A DNA stretch of 26,440 nucleotides from Pseudobacteriovorax sp. (GTDB taxonomy: Bacteria > Bdellovibrionota_B > Oligoflexia > Oligoflexales > Oligoflexaceae): assembly GCA_050293845.1 (NCBI GenBank), contig JBNKNM010000062.1, positions 1 to 26,440 on the forward strand, in the 5' to 3' direction. The position numbers and the translations under genes are program-made. The notes beneath the pieces were generated by a model, which was not told the origin of the DNA, ran no database searches, and saw only the letters and a list, made by a program, of their open reading frames with translations. Of this stretch, positions 1-10,064 are shown piece by piece (position 1 is the stretch's first letter; the number at the start of each line of letters is the position of its first letter).

Positions 1-3
1 CTT

Positions 4-732
4 CTAGAACAAAATTTTTAATACAACAAAACTGGCGATAAATAACAGGACAAAAGCTATAGTTAGGATATTAAAATTTTTATCAATAAAGACTTTTGCA
101 GGTTCTCCTATTTTGTATAGGACATATGACACCGCAAAAAATCTTGCCCCGCGTGAAATAATAGACGTTGCGATAAAGACAGGAATATTAACTTGTGCTA
201 CCCCAGCTGTAATGGTGACTAATTTATATGGAAGGGGGGTGAGGCCGAATATACCGACAATCCATGCATTCCAAATATCATAGACTTGAAACAAATACTC
301 ACCTCCCAGCACGGTTCCAAATGAGCTAATGATGTACCCCGGAAGAGGGATATCCAAGCGGCCATCGATATTAACAAGCTGAATGTGGACGAGATTCTCA
401 ACGATCCAAACGCCGATGCTTTCCCAAGCAAACATACCTATTCCATACCCCATTATCCCTCCTACTACAGATGCCAGCGTACAAGCTAGGGCAATACGCC
501 ACCACTTTTGAGGTGTCGCAATAATCAGGGCGATGAGTAAAACATCTGGAGGAATCGGAAAAAAACTGCTTTCTGCAAATGAAATCAAAACTAAAGCTGT
601 TAAGCCATAGGGAGTTTCAGCCCAGTGCAAGACCCAGTCATAAAGTTTACGTATAATAGACTTATTGCGGGGGCTTTCATGCTGAGAAACGGAAGATTTT
701 TGGTCCATGAGGGGGGTCCTTGAAATTGACAT
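4..732 (-). CDS. YqaA/DedA (VTT domain) membrane protein
   Basis: Motifs LYDWVLHWA, SFAESSFFPIPPDVLL, TPLPYKLVTITAG, SRGARFF are typical of YqaA-type DedA proteins. The start may be the ATG at 708. Confidence 0.9.
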   Translation of the reverse strand: MSISRTPLMDQKSSVSQHESPRNKSIIRKLYDWVLHWAETPYGLTALVLISFAESSFFPIPPDVLLIALIIATPQKWWRIALACTLASVVGGIMGYGIGMFAWESIGVWIVENLVHIQLVNIDGRLDIPLPGYIISSFGTVLGGEYLFQVYDIWNAWIVGIFGLTPLPYKLVTITAGVAQVNIPVFIATSIISRGARFFAVSYVLYKIGEPAKVFIDKNFNILTIAFVLLFIASFVVLKILF

Positions 733-849
733 CCAGGTAATTACCTAGTTTTATACTAGTTTTAGAATGGGGATTCGTAAATGAATAAATAATCTCACTT
801 GTTTTTTGATACAATAGTAATGAGTTTGACTTAATGTGTAAATCTATTC

Positions 850-3237
850 ATGGAGTTCGGTTTGAGATCTTTTTTCATGATCTGTTTGGGACTCTTATTG
901 GGTTTGTTACCGCAACATTCTGAAGCACCGTCACCACCCGAATCTTATTCTTTACAAGAACTCAAACCCGGTGAGTCCTTGGTGGATCCTAAATTCGAAC
1001 AATGGCTTCAAGAGGTCTATAGCTATCCAGTTACTTTAGATATGAAAGATAAAGATTATCAGGAATATGCAGCAGCACTCCACCCGACCGAAAAGTTGCT
1101 CCTTGATGCTAAAAGGGTTTCGAGGCTAAGGAGAAGTAAGCGCAAACAAGCAGTTGACAATATTGTGACGATTATTCGAGATGACCGCCAAAGGAATCAA
1201 CTAAAGGAACATATTTTATATCCAGATTTAATTAATGCAGTACTGGAAACTAACCGCGTAGCTGATCCCTTAGTAGGTTTTTTAGAAGAAGAAATTGCTG
1301 CATCTTCAGGATATATCTGCCCCTTGAAACACTCAATTTTGAGGCGGCTAGATTTGGAAAATAAAGAAATTTTACCGGCGGCAGATATTCTTAGCTTTTT
1401 GAAAATGATTTCTCACTTTCACTCAGAAAGATTTAAAGAAAGATCACTTGAGCGTCTCATGGAAATGGTAGATGAAGAGAAGCACCAAAATATTAAAGAT
1501 ACATTAGTTGAAGCTCTAAAACCCTTTCCAAGATTAGTAGCCGATCATAGTTGGTTGTTCAAAGACCAGATAAATCAGGAAGTGAAAAAACTAGATAAAC
1601 CTCTTGAATATTTTGATAAGGCTGAAGATGCTATTACAAGGCATCACTGCAATACTGCTAAGAAAAGATTAGTGCGTGGCATCAAGACTGACGATGATAA
1701 AAAATATCTGCCTCAGGTAGAAGCCATAAGTTATAAGGTAGAAAGTTGTTTTCGCCGCAAAGGCAACAGAGCTCGGTTGCGTTACTTGAGTCGTATAGAA
1801 AAATACTTGAAGAATCAATATGGATTTAAGGGAAGAGAAATTGTTCTGAGGCGAAAAGCCTTGATCTACTGGTCTCAAGATCACTTCGAGAAAACAAGGC
1901 ATATCCTTGCTACTATACTTAAAAATGCAACCACGTCCAATGATCAAGAGATTTTAGGACGAACCTTATATACTTCAGCTCGCGTCGATGAAAATGAGGG
2001 AAAGCTTGATCGATCCATCGTCGGGTATGAGACTTTTGTTCGAGAGTTTCCTCATTCAGATAAAGTGGGGGAGGCCATAACATCGCTCGTAATGATACAT
2101 ACTTTAAAACATAATTACGTAACTGCTTTGGGTTTTGCGGAACAATTAGTGAGAATGGAAACAGTAAAAAAAGTTAATGAAAGAGACTCTGGTCTATTAT
2201 CTTTAGCTTTGTTCTGGTCTGGAAAATTAAATCTGCATTTGGGAAATCAAGAACGGACACGAGAATATTGGCGGCGTCTAGCCAGCGAATTTTACTCAAC
2301 ATTCTACGGTGCTATTGGACACTATATGCTTGAAGCCCTATTGGGAAAGAGATTGGTTTTACAACCTTCTCGGGTTCCTAGTTTTGATAAGGAAAGTATT
2401 ATCAAAGTATTCGATGCGAGAGGAATGAAAACTTTGCAGCGTATAGAAAACTTACTCAATTTGGGTCTCAACAGGGATGCTTTTTGTGAAACGAAAGAGC
2501 TGGGAGGATCGCCAGATGACTATCGCAAAAATCTGGTAAAAGCCATGTATCTCTATGCATCGGGTGAATGGCTGGAGTCGATAAAAAAATTTGTTAAATT
2601 ACCACGAAGTCTTCGCCACTCTTTGCCCCGTGGGATGGAAAAACTATTGTTTCCAAAAGCTTTTACGCCTATTGTGAACCACTATGCCAAACGATTAGGC
2701 GTTGATCCTGCGTATGTATTTGCCATTATTCGTCAGGAAAGCGTGTTTAACCCTAATGCCAGATCAGCTGTAGGTGCAACCGGGCTTATGCAGTTGATGC
2801 CGGCGACAGCACGCCTTGAAGCACGGAGCTTACAACGGGGGTATGTGGCAAAAGAGCATCGACGTAATCTTATTCGTAGATCGCGGAAAAAATCGCGACT
2901 TTATGATGCGGAAACAAATTTGGCTTTGGGCATTCATCATGTTTACCGGCTTTTTAATCGCTATAAAAATCCAATCTATGTGCTCACTTCCTACAATGCT
3001 AACCCAAGGGCGACCGAGAAATGGTTAGAGAATCTAGGAACCAATGATGCGCTGGCGTTCGTCGAGAGAATTCCTTACCGTGAGACCCGCGCCTATGTGA
3101 AACTTGTTATGCGAAATTACTTTTATTACAAGAGGTGGTATGAAGAGCCTGGTGTGAGTCCCTTTATGGATTTTCTGGCTCCCAAGTCTATTGAGCTAGC
3201 CCGGGCCGCTAATTCTAATGAAGCCTCGAAAAATTAG
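850..3237 (+). CDS. slt: Soluble lytic murein transglycosylase (Slt70-like, TPR/helical N-terminus, signal peptide)
   Basis: C-terminal SLT motifs IIRQESVF (catalytic Glu), GATGLMQLMP, SYNA, IPYRETRAYVK; hydrophobic N-terminal signal; TPR-like repeats. Confidence 0.9.
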   Translation: MEFGLRSFFMICLGLLLGLLPQHSEAPSPPESYSLQELKPGESLVDPKFEQWLQEVYSYPVTLDMKDKDYQEYAAALHPTEKLLLDAKRVSRLRRSKRKQAVDNIVTIIRDDRQRNQLKEHILYPDLINAVLETNRVADPLVGFLEEEIAASSGYICPLKHSILRRLDLENKEILPAADILSFLKMISHFHSERFKERSLERLMEMVDEEKHQNIKDTLVEALKPFPRLVADHSWLFKDQINQEVKKLDKPLEYFDKAEDAITRHHCNTAKKRLVRGIKTDDDKKYLPQVEAISYKVESCFRRKGNRARLRYLSRIEKYLKNQYGFKGREIVLRRKALIYWSQDHFEKTRHILATILKNATTSNDQEILGRTLYTSARVDENEGKLDRSIVGYETFVREFPHSDKVGEAITSLVMIHTLKHNYVTALGFAEQLVRMETVKKVNERDSGLLSLALFWSGKLNLHLGNQERTREYWRRLASEFYSTFYGAIGHYMLEALLGKRLVLQPSRVPSFDKESIIKVFDARGMKTLQRIENLLNLGLNRDAFCETKELGGSPDDYRKNLVKAMYLYASGEWLESIKKFVKLPRSLRHSLPRGMEKLLFPKAFTPIVNHYAKRLGVDPAYVFAIIRQESVFNPNARSAVGATGLMQLMPATARLEARSLQRGYVAKEHRRNLIRRSRKKSRLYDAETNLALGIHHVYRLFNRYKNPIYVLTSYNANPRATEKWLENLGTNDALAFVERIPYRETRAYVKLVMRNYFYYKRWYEEPGVSPFMDFLAPKSIELARAANSNEASKN

Positions 3238-3305
3238 TCCCAGAGGAAAAAACTTCCGCCCTGAGTGATTATGGACAAATAATCCTCAAGGATCGCGGGT
3301 TATTC

Positions 3306-3941
3306 CTAGGGGGTAGCTCCCGGTTGATTATGGGGAGCGGCTCTATCGCAGCTTGGCAATGCGAGGCAAGTTCGGTAGATTCTTTCGCATATGGGAAATT
3401 TTCCCATATCCACCTTAAAGCGATGTGCATTATAGACCTGAGGAATAAGACATAGATCTGCTAAAGTGAGCTGCCCCCCCCAACAAAAACTGCCTGAGCA
3501 AGAACGCAAGAGCTGTTCAAAAGCAGTCAGACCATGTTCGATGGCTTGGTAAGCCCAACGCTGTTGTTGGTTAGGGTCTGAACTATGGCGTCTCATGATC
3601 CGGAGATTTTGCACCGGCTGCGTATCGGAATAAATGATGGATGCCAGTTCTCTAACTTTAGCTTTGTCCCAAGGGTTTGATGGTAATAGGGCTGGGGTGG
3701 GGTAGCGCTCTTCCAGCCACTCAATAATAGCTATTGATCCGGTTAAGGACTGTCCCTGATATGTAAGGGTGGGAACCAAACCCAGGGGAGATTTCGCTAA
3801 ATATGCAGGAGTTAGCTGCTCATTTTTAAGAAGGTTGATAGGGCGGGAAGAGTAGCTTTTACCCTTTATTTCTAAAGCCCAGCGCACGCGCCATGAACTC
3901 GATGAACGCCAATAATGATTGAGTGTTATGTGTTGGGGCAC
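3306..3941 (-). CDS. maiA: Maleylacetoacetate isomerase (zeta-class glutathione S-transferase)
   Basis: YWRSSSSWRVRWAL N-terminal motif, QPVQNLRI, TLADLCLIPQVYNAHRF, AAPHNQP; GTG start. Confidence 0.92.
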   Translation of the reverse strand: MPQHITLNHYWRSSSSWRVRWALEIKGKSYSSRPINLLKNEQLTPAYLAKSPLGLVPTLTYQGQSLTGSIAIIEWLEERYPTPALLPSNPWDKAKVRELASIIYSDTQPVQNLRIMRRHSSDPNQQQRWAYQAIEHGLTAFEQLLRSCSGSFCWGGQLTLADLCLIPQVYNAHRFKVDMGKFPICERIYRTCLALPSCDRAAPHNQPGATP

Positions 3942-3944
3942 TGT

Positions 3945-4664
3945 TCACCTCACTGCAGGAAAAATGAATGGTACACGTGAGCTGATGGTTATTCCCCCTA
4001 GGGATGAGTTGGCACTATACGCCATAACTTCAACTCCTGATTGGATAGCAATTCCTAGCTGCTCATAATAGATTGGATCAATATCTTTAGCAATCTCACA
4101 GGTAAGTATGTTAGGGCGATTCACAAAGAAGAATAGTATGGCTCGGAACCCTTGCTGCTTCATAGCCGTCAGATCTCGTAGGTGTTTTTGACCGCGAGCG
4201 GTGACAGCATCGGGAAATAAGACTGATTGTTCCGGACCCTCTAGAGTGGCATTTTTAACCTCCAAATAACAATCGGCAAGCTTTTCCTTAGAGTCCTTCA
4301 GTAAAAAATCAATCCTCGAGTTCTGATGATACTTAACTTCCCTATGGATAGAGTCATAGCTGCTTAATTCTCCGATCAAACCCTTCTGGAGGGCTTCAAA
4401 AACCACCTGATTCGGACGTTGCGTATTGATCCCTATGAAACCATGGTCGTTCACAGTATACTCCCAGCTATAGTCAAGTTTTCGCTTAGGGCTAGGGTTG
4501 TGACTGAGAATGATTTGATCCCCTGGAGAACCGCAGGTTTTCATGGAGCCTGTATTGGGACAGTGAGCAGTGACAACTTGGCCATTTTCAAGAAGCACAT
4601 CAGCTAGAAATCGTTTATAGCGTTTTTTTAGGGTTCCTCGAACCATGGGGGTCGAGAATTCCAT
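3945..4664 (-). CDS. sfsA: DNA/RNA nuclease SfsA (sugar fermentation stimulation protein A)
   Basis: KRYKRFLADV, HCPNTGSM, SRIDF, LEVK, FPDAVTARGQKHL motifs. Confidence 0.95.
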   Translation of the reverse strand: MEFSTPMVRGTLKKRYKRFLADVLLENGQVVTAHCPNTGSMKTCGSPGDQIILSHNPSPKRKLDYSWEYTVNDHGFIGINTQRPNQVVFEALQKGLIGELSSYDSIHREVKYHQNSRIDFLLKDSKEKLADCYLEVKNATLEGPEQSVLFPDAVTARGQKHLRDLTAMKQQGFRAILFFFVNRPNILTCEIAKDIDPIYYEQLGIAIQSGVEVMAYSANSSLGGITISSRVPFIFPAVR

Positions 4665-6189
4665 AGTAGTTTCCTTCCAATTGTCTCAGTTCTTCTTCAT
4701 CCTTGAGGTAGAAACCATATCGACTCATTTTAGCGTAGTAGACATGATGCCGTTCTCGCAGCTTTCTTAGGGTGCTGCGGAAAGACGATTCGATGATTTC
4801 CACGCGAAACTTGGTTCGTAGTGGAGAACCAGCCATCAACCTAGCGCATTCCTCGTCCGGCTGAAAGACAAGAAAGTCAACATCGGGATATTGCTCGCTA
4901 ATGGCTTTTAGAGACGTTTCAAACCGTGTTGAAACTAAGGCTTTGATCATTTGCACGATACCGTAAAAGCCGCCTCTTTGCTCTGCCGTTCCGGCTGTAG
5001 TGGATTTCAGCGGTTTCAAAGGGTCAATGATAAAAACTAGACGTGCACCTTCCTCGACGACCGATTCTAAATTACAGCTGCGGGTAATTTGCCCATCGAT
5101 ATAGTTTCTCCCCTTGATAGTTCGCGGGGTTAGCAGCGGAGGTAAAGCAGAGGAGGCTCGTACAGAGGCAGCTATGGAGCAGTCGATAAAGGGGCCTTGA
5201 CCTAGAACCACATGCTTAAAGTTATCTTGGTCTGTTACCCCAACGTAAAATTTTAGGTCAAGATCCTGAAAAATCGTAGGGGTTTGGTAAGTAGCCAAAA
5301 CATCTTCAATATACTTCTCAAATTTTTCTCCTTTGATAAATCCCGTTGGTATGGATTGGGTTAAGCTTGAAATCCATTGGGTGATGGGGGTTTTACGGAA
5401 GGAGAGCCAAACTTTGGTAAACCGGCGAAAAATATTGACCCCAGCAAAGTCAAACATACTGCTTAGCTTCAGCTTTGGTGCTTTGCTTGGTAGATCATGG
5501 ATAGCGCGTAACATATCTATAATGGGTAATTTGGTTGCAATCATAGCGCCGGCGATGCTACCACTGCTCACCCCCGAAACCACATCGACCATATGAATAT
5601 CCCGATTCATCACGGCACAGTCCAGAGCATGTAGGACTCCTATTTGGTATAGGAATCCCTCTATGGCTCCGCCACTCAAGGCAATTCCCACCTTATTGGT
5701 ACGGATGATGCCGTGGTAAAGGACGTTTTTTAGCCAACGTAGCATAAACGCTGTGTTGCGAGGTTCAATGATAACATCGCGGACACTCAACCTTCCCAGC
5801 TCGAAAACTTGATGATCAGTTTGAGCTGACTTTCGCAATACGGTTACAATCCTACTGGTCGGAAAGTTAAAGTCTGGTCCCCAAAGCTCAGCCAATTGAT
5901 TCACATCCTTACGGATGCGTCGCACAGCTTCTGCAGCAGGCATGACCTGATCACCCCTCTCATCATAGATGAGAAGGTCTACGGGGTTTTGCCTGAGGTA
6001 TGGCGTAATGCCATCGAGATCTGCCAGAAGGCTGACTTTGAGTACTAAACCGTCAAGCAGTCTGTGGGTGATACGATAATTGTTTGTTATGCTTGACCCA
6101 GATAGAGGCTCAGCTTTCAGACGGGTCATCGCTTGCTTAAAGGCCTCTAGTCGTGAAGGGGCGACCACATATAGTAAGTGCTGAAGCAT
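4615..6189 (-). CDS. Patatin-like phospholipase with N-terminal receiver-like domain
   Basis: Oxyanion loop LSGGAIEG, nucleophile GVSSG, ASSALP, catalytic YIDG. The N-terminal ~160 aa contain VDLLIYD...IVTVL...VRDVIIEP, resembling a REC fold. Confidence 0.85.
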   Translation of the reverse strand: MLQHLLYVVAPSRLEAFKQAMTRLKAEPLSGSSITNNYRITHRLLDGLVLKVSLLADLDGITPYLRQNPVDLLIYDERGDQVMPAAEAVRRIRKDVNQLAELWGPDFNFPTSRIVTVLRKSAQTDHQVFELGRLSVRDVIIEPRNTAFMLRWLKNVLYHGIIRTNKVGIALSGGAIEGFLYQIGVLHALDCAVMNRDIHMVDVVSGVSSGSIAGAMIATKLPIIDMLRAIHDLPSKAPKLKLSSMFDFAGVNIFRRFTKVWLSFRKTPITQWISSLTQSIPTGFIKGEKFEKYIEDVLATYQTPTIFQDLDLKFYVGVTDQDNFKHVVLGQGPFIDCSIAASVRASSALPPLLTPRTIKGRNYIDGQITRSCNLESVVEEGARLVFIIDPLKPLKSTTAGTAEQRGGFYGIVQMIKALVSTRFETSLKAISEQYPDVDFLVFQPDEECARLMAGSPLRTKFRVEIIESSFRSTLRKLRERHHVYYAKMSRYGFYLKDEEELRQLEGNYYGILDPHGSRNPKKTL

Positions 6190-7989
6190 TTATTCCCTGT
6201 CAGTAAATTCTTGCAACTCCTTCAGAAGATACTCTCTCGATGGGGCGCTGGTGATCCTTGTCGCCTGGCTAAGATCCCCATTGGGGGGAATTAAGACCAA
6301 GGTGGGAAGGCCGGGCATCTGGTATTTTTCTGTTAGAGCTTCCGTGGCTTCATTGATTTCCGTTAAATCAAGCTTAACTAATACCCAGTTCTTTTGCAGC
6401 TCTGAAATGACATCTTTATCTTGAAAAACTGTGGCGTCCATTTCCTTACACGCTATACACCAGTCTGCCCAACCATCAACCAGTATTGGCTTATTGGCTT
6501 GATGGGCTAAAAGGTATCCGACCTTTTCGTCCTTATGCCAATTTAGCTGTGATTGTAGGTCGGTACCTGTCAGGACTTGGGTACCTGCAAATACGGCGAC
6601 TCCCAATAATAGGGTAGGGATGAGCTGTAGTCCTTTGGTGTTAGCCTTTTGAAGCCTAAGGCTGATCAGAAATGAGCTTGCTACAAATAGGACGAAACTG
6701 AAAATTCCTACTGTGGACCACAACCCAGCTAAGGGTTGCAGTAATTTATAGGCGGGCGTTTTAAGGTAGTAAAAGGCTAATGCAAACATCACACTCGCAA
6801 AAGCTACCTTGACGCCAACTTGAATCTTAGGGGAAACCTTCAGTTTTGACACCCTGCCCGACAGCATTCCTAAAAAGACATAGGGTAGTGCGAAACCGAC
6901 GCTATACAAGAAAAATAGCATCACAGCTAAGTTGGGGTCATCTAATTTAGCAGAGTAAATTAATAAGCCGCCTAAGATAGGACCAGTGCAGGGTGCTGCC
7001 ACTAGGCCTGCCCCGGCACCCATTAAGAAAGTGTTGAGGTTAGAGGCTCTTCCGGCACCCATTCGCGTCCCAATGTTTTGTAGTTTGGTGAAATTGGCAA
7101 ACCCCAGCATACTAAATCCCAAAAAAACAAAAAGTAGTGCAAAGGCACCGTTAACCCAAGGGTTGGCCAAAAGGGTGCCAAAAACACCGCCTGTTAGACC
7201 AGCGATACTGCCTATGGCCGTATAAGTGGCTACGATACCTCCAGCATACAGCGATGATCCCAAACGACTACCTCCGTGGCGGCCTAGTAATCGGATTGTG
7301 ATGGGTATCATGGGGAATACGCAGGGAGTGATGTTGGTGGCAAGGCCCCCTAGAAATACAGCAAGTAATGTGAGCCATAGGGGGAGGGCTCCCTCTCCCA
7401 ATTGTTTTGCTAGGCTTGCCTGGGATAATTCAGTGCTGCTCCAACTGGCAGCTGGGATCAGTTTTTTTTCTGGGCTATCTGCTCCTTGAAGACTAGTTCT
7501 AGTGCCTGTGTTATAGGCTTTGAGATCGATAGTTTGCGTGTAGGGAAATAGGCAGATGCGTTCGGTGCAGCCTAAAAATTTGATGGTGATTGGAAAAGTA
7601 TCCCGATTGTATGGATCTAAGCTACTAAACTTTAAAAGAAAGTCACCTCCCCAGTAGACATCAACCATGGCGTCAGACATGGGGTCTTTTTGGGTGCGGA
7701 CTTCAGGGTACTCAGCATCTATTAGGCTAGTACCTTGGGGACCTGCTATTGTTAGTTTGGTGGCATAAATCGTAAAGTTTTGCTTGGTTTCTAGGCGCAA
7801 CCCTACATCTATAGTACCGTCTTTATTGATATTTGCCTCAGCACCACTCCAAATGATGACATCTGTAGGTTTAAGGTCGAGGGGTAGGGTTTCAGATACG
7901 CTTTTACCGAACTGGGCTGGGGCACCCGTACTGAAAAAGAAGACTGAATATACTGACAACATTAAGAAAAATCGAAAAGGAGCCGCCAT
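6190..7989 (-). CDS. dsbD: Thiol:disulfide interchange protein DsbD (three-domain)
   Basis: N-terminal GCTERICLFP, transmembrane TPCVFPM and APCTGP, C-terminal thioredoxin WADWCIAC. Confidence 0.92.
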   Translation of the reverse strand: MAAPFRFFLMLSVYSVFFFSTGAPAQFGKSVSETLPLDLKPTDVIIWSGAEANINKDGTIDVGLRLETKQNFTIYATKLTIAGPQGTSLIDAEYPEVRTQKDPMSDAMVDVYWGGDFLLKFSSLDPYNRDTFPITIKFLGCTERICLFPYTQTIDLKAYNTGTRTSLQGADSPEKKLIPAASWSSTELSQASLAKQLGEGALPLWLTLLAVFLGGLATNITPCVFPMIPITIRLLGRHGGSRLGSSLYAGGIVATYTAIGSIAGLTGGVFGTLLANPWVNGAFALLFVFLGFSMLGFANFTKLQNIGTRMGAGRASNLNTFLMGAGAGLVAAPCTGPILGGLLIYSAKLDDPNLAVMLFFLYSVGFALPYVFLGMLSGRVSKLKVSPKIQVGVKVAFASVMFALAFYYLKTPAYKLLQPLAGLWSTVGIFSFVLFVASSFLISLRLQKANTKGLQLIPTLLLGVAVFAGTQVLTGTDLQSQLNWHKDEKVGYLLAHQANKPILVDGWADWCIACKEMDATVFQDKDVISELQKNWVLVKLDLTEINEATEALTEKYQMPGLPTLVLIPPNGDLSQATRITSAPSREYLLKELQEFTDRE

Positions 7990-8135
7990 TATGCATTATT
8001 CCTATAATTTGAACCCATCGGAGCCAAAGAATATATCGGAAAACCTTAGAGATTTCTAAAAAAGAGACGGAAAAACTCAATTTAAGTACTTGCCGGTAGT
8101 TTACATGCCATTTCGTAAGTTCTTATGATATATTC

Positions 8136-8164
8136 TTGACTTTAGGACTTTTGTTACGTAGTAG
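8136..8164 (+). promoter_or_regulatory. Putative sigma70 promoter of rplX
   Basis: TTGACT-N17-TAGTAG upstream of rplX. Confidence 0.45.
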
Positions 8165-8244
8165 AAGGGTTCCCTTGCGTGTATTGATTCGATAGCTCGG
8201 GGATAGAAACGCAACAAAACTTTTTTTTATTGATGGAACGCAAG

Positions 8245-8583
8245 ATGTCAGATCTAACCAAGTATCAAGTAAAATGCAAACTTCTCAAAAATGATGAAGT
8301 TGTTGTTCTCACAGGTAAATCTAAGGGCGAAACGGGAAAGATCACGCAAGTTGACCGCAAAGCTGGCAAAATTTACGTCAGTGGTGTCAACATCTTCAAG
8401 CGCCATACACGTCCCGGAACGACGAGCGAAGAAGGCGGAATTCTCGACAAAGTTATGCCCCTTGATATCAGCAATGTAGCTCTTGTTGATCCAAAAACAA
8501 AGAAAGCAACAAGAATTGGCTATAAGCTGCAAGATGGCAAAAAAGTCCGTTTTGCAAAAGCGTCTGGAACTGTCCTAAGCTGA
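8245..8583 (+). CDS. rplX: 50S ribosomal protein uL24
   Basis: KOW motif DEVVVLTGKSKGETGKI, VSGVNIFKRH, GGILDKVMPLDISNVALVDP, TRIGYK...GKKVRFAKASG. ATG 8245 preferred over TTG 8230. Confidence 0.97.
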   Translation: MSDLTKYQVKCKLLKNDEVVVLTGKSKGETGKITQVDRKAGKIYVSGVNIFKRHTRPGTTSEEGGILDKVMPLDISNVALVDPKTKKATRIGYKLQDGKKVRFAKASGTVLS

Positions 8584-8609
8584 TATCCGATCGCAATCAT
8601 ACACAATAT

Positions 8610-8639
8610 AGCACAGGAAGATTTTTTCTGTGCTTTTTT
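8610..8639 (+). terminator. Rho-independent terminator after rplX
   Basis: AGCACAGGAAG-ATT-TTTTCTGTGCT hairpin followed by a T-run. Confidence 0.7.
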
Positions 8640-8672
8640 ACGTTAGGGTAAATAACCGAGCTTTGATTTATA

Positions 8673-10064
8673 TTACCAAATTTCTTGGACAGGAGAGCTG
8701 AGACTATTGAGGAAAAGCTTTAAGGACTCTCTTTCTTCCGCTGTGAGTTGAAAGCTCTGTAAAGATTCAGAGCTGTGGCCAATACCGGGCTCTTTATCCT
8801 TTATATTGTCATAGTGGTCGAGGACCTCGTCTAGATTTGCGAAGCGCCCATCATGCATATAAGGAGCTGTGAGAGATACATTTCTGAGCGTGGGAGTTTT
8901 GAAGGCTCCCATATTTTCTAAGGCGGTGGTTTTCAAATAAGGTATTTCTGCGCAAGCCTCTGTTTGGGCTCCCATGGTATTGCAATCTGGGTAGGCTGAC
9001 TTTACGATAATGGCCCCTTTAGCTCTCCCTGTATCGAGGATCGTTTGGGATAGTCCAATGTTGTGGAACTGCTGATCGGAAAAAATACCTGAGTGATGAC
9101 AATTAGTGCATCCTGCTGCTACAAATATACCGAAACCATGCCACTCTTTCTCTCCAAATTCCTGGTTGAAGGCAGCGCTAACAGGGAGCTGTTGGTCCTT
9201 AAGTCTTTCAACGAAAAGATCGAAGGGGCTTTTATGGGACACTATCCGTCGCTCGTAGGCTGCTATGGCTTTTGTCGCATTAAAGGCGATCTTGTCTATT
9301 TCTTCGGCGACATCTTTTTTAAGCGGGGATGGAGCAGGACCTATCGCGTCTAAGCTCCCCATAGCTACTTTACCAAAGATTTCTTGAGGAGATTCTTTTC
9401 GTTTCGCAGCTAAGGAAATCAGTTGGACCTGCAGGCCTGTACTATTAAGGGTTCCAATGCCGTATGCGGCAAGCTCGATGGACATGGAGGGGAGTTTTTG
9501 CTGCGGTGGTGAAACCCAGCCTAAGGCCGCTATAGGGGCAGCAAGGTTGATAGGGCCAAATAGTCTCTCGTAGGCGCTGCGGTATTTCTCAATAATAACT
9601 TGGGCTAACCCTGTACGGCTAAAACCATGCTCCTTTTGATTTTCAAGGGGGCCTAATGCTTGGTGCTCTAAGGAGTGGGCGCGACCATCCCAAAAAAACC
9701 AATCCAATTGGTGTGCATTGATGAGAGTGGGCGTATTTCTTGTCGTTATATCTATTCCTTCGGCTACCTGCTTCCCATCGGTAAAGCTCATATCCGGTAT
9801 ATGACAGGTAGAGCAAGAAATGGTTTTGCTACTGGATAGTGCCGGGTCAAAAAAAAGCTTGCGACCTAAACGAGCTAGAGTCTCTGACCCTACGTCAAAT
9901 GACGGGTCCTTTAGTAAAAAAGTGGGAGCTAACTTTAGCAGCTCGGCCGTAGGTGGTATGCTGAGCCGGGGGGGCGCCTCCCACAATTGCTGTGGTGCGG
10001 GCATAAAAAAATAAATGCCAACTAGACTTATTAGAGCGATGACTATTTTATTCGTTTTCATCAT
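8673..10064 (-). CDS. Di-haem cytochrome c peroxidase family protein (MauG/MbnH-like)
   Basis: Two CxxCH motifs (CSTCH, CTNCH), LGRKLFFDPALS, RNTPTL, FWDGRA, FKTPTLRNV, APYMHDG; N-terminal membrane anchor or signal. Confidence 0.9.
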   Translation of the reverse strand: MMKTNKIVIALISLVGIYFFMPAPQQLWEAPPRLSIPPTAELLKLAPTFLLKDPSFDVGSETLARLGRKLFFDPALSSSKTISCSTCHIPDMSFTDGKQVAEGIDITTRNTPTLINAHQLDWFFWDGRAHSLEHQALGPLENQKEHGFSRTGLAQVIIEKYRSAYERLFGPINLAAPIAALGWVSPPQQKLPSMSIELAAYGIGTLNSTGLQVQLISLAAKRKESPQEIFGKVAMGSLDAIGPAPSPLKKDVAEEIDKIAFNATKAIAAYERRIVSHKSPFDLFVERLKDQQLPVSAAFNQEFGEKEWHGFGIFVAAGCTNCHHSGIFSDQQFHNIGLSQTILDTGRAKGAIIVKSAYPDCNTMGAQTEACAEIPYLKTTALENMGAFKTPTLRNVSLTAPYMHDGRFANLDEVLDHYDNIKDKEPGIGHSSESLQSFQLTAEERESLKLFLNSLSSPVQEIW

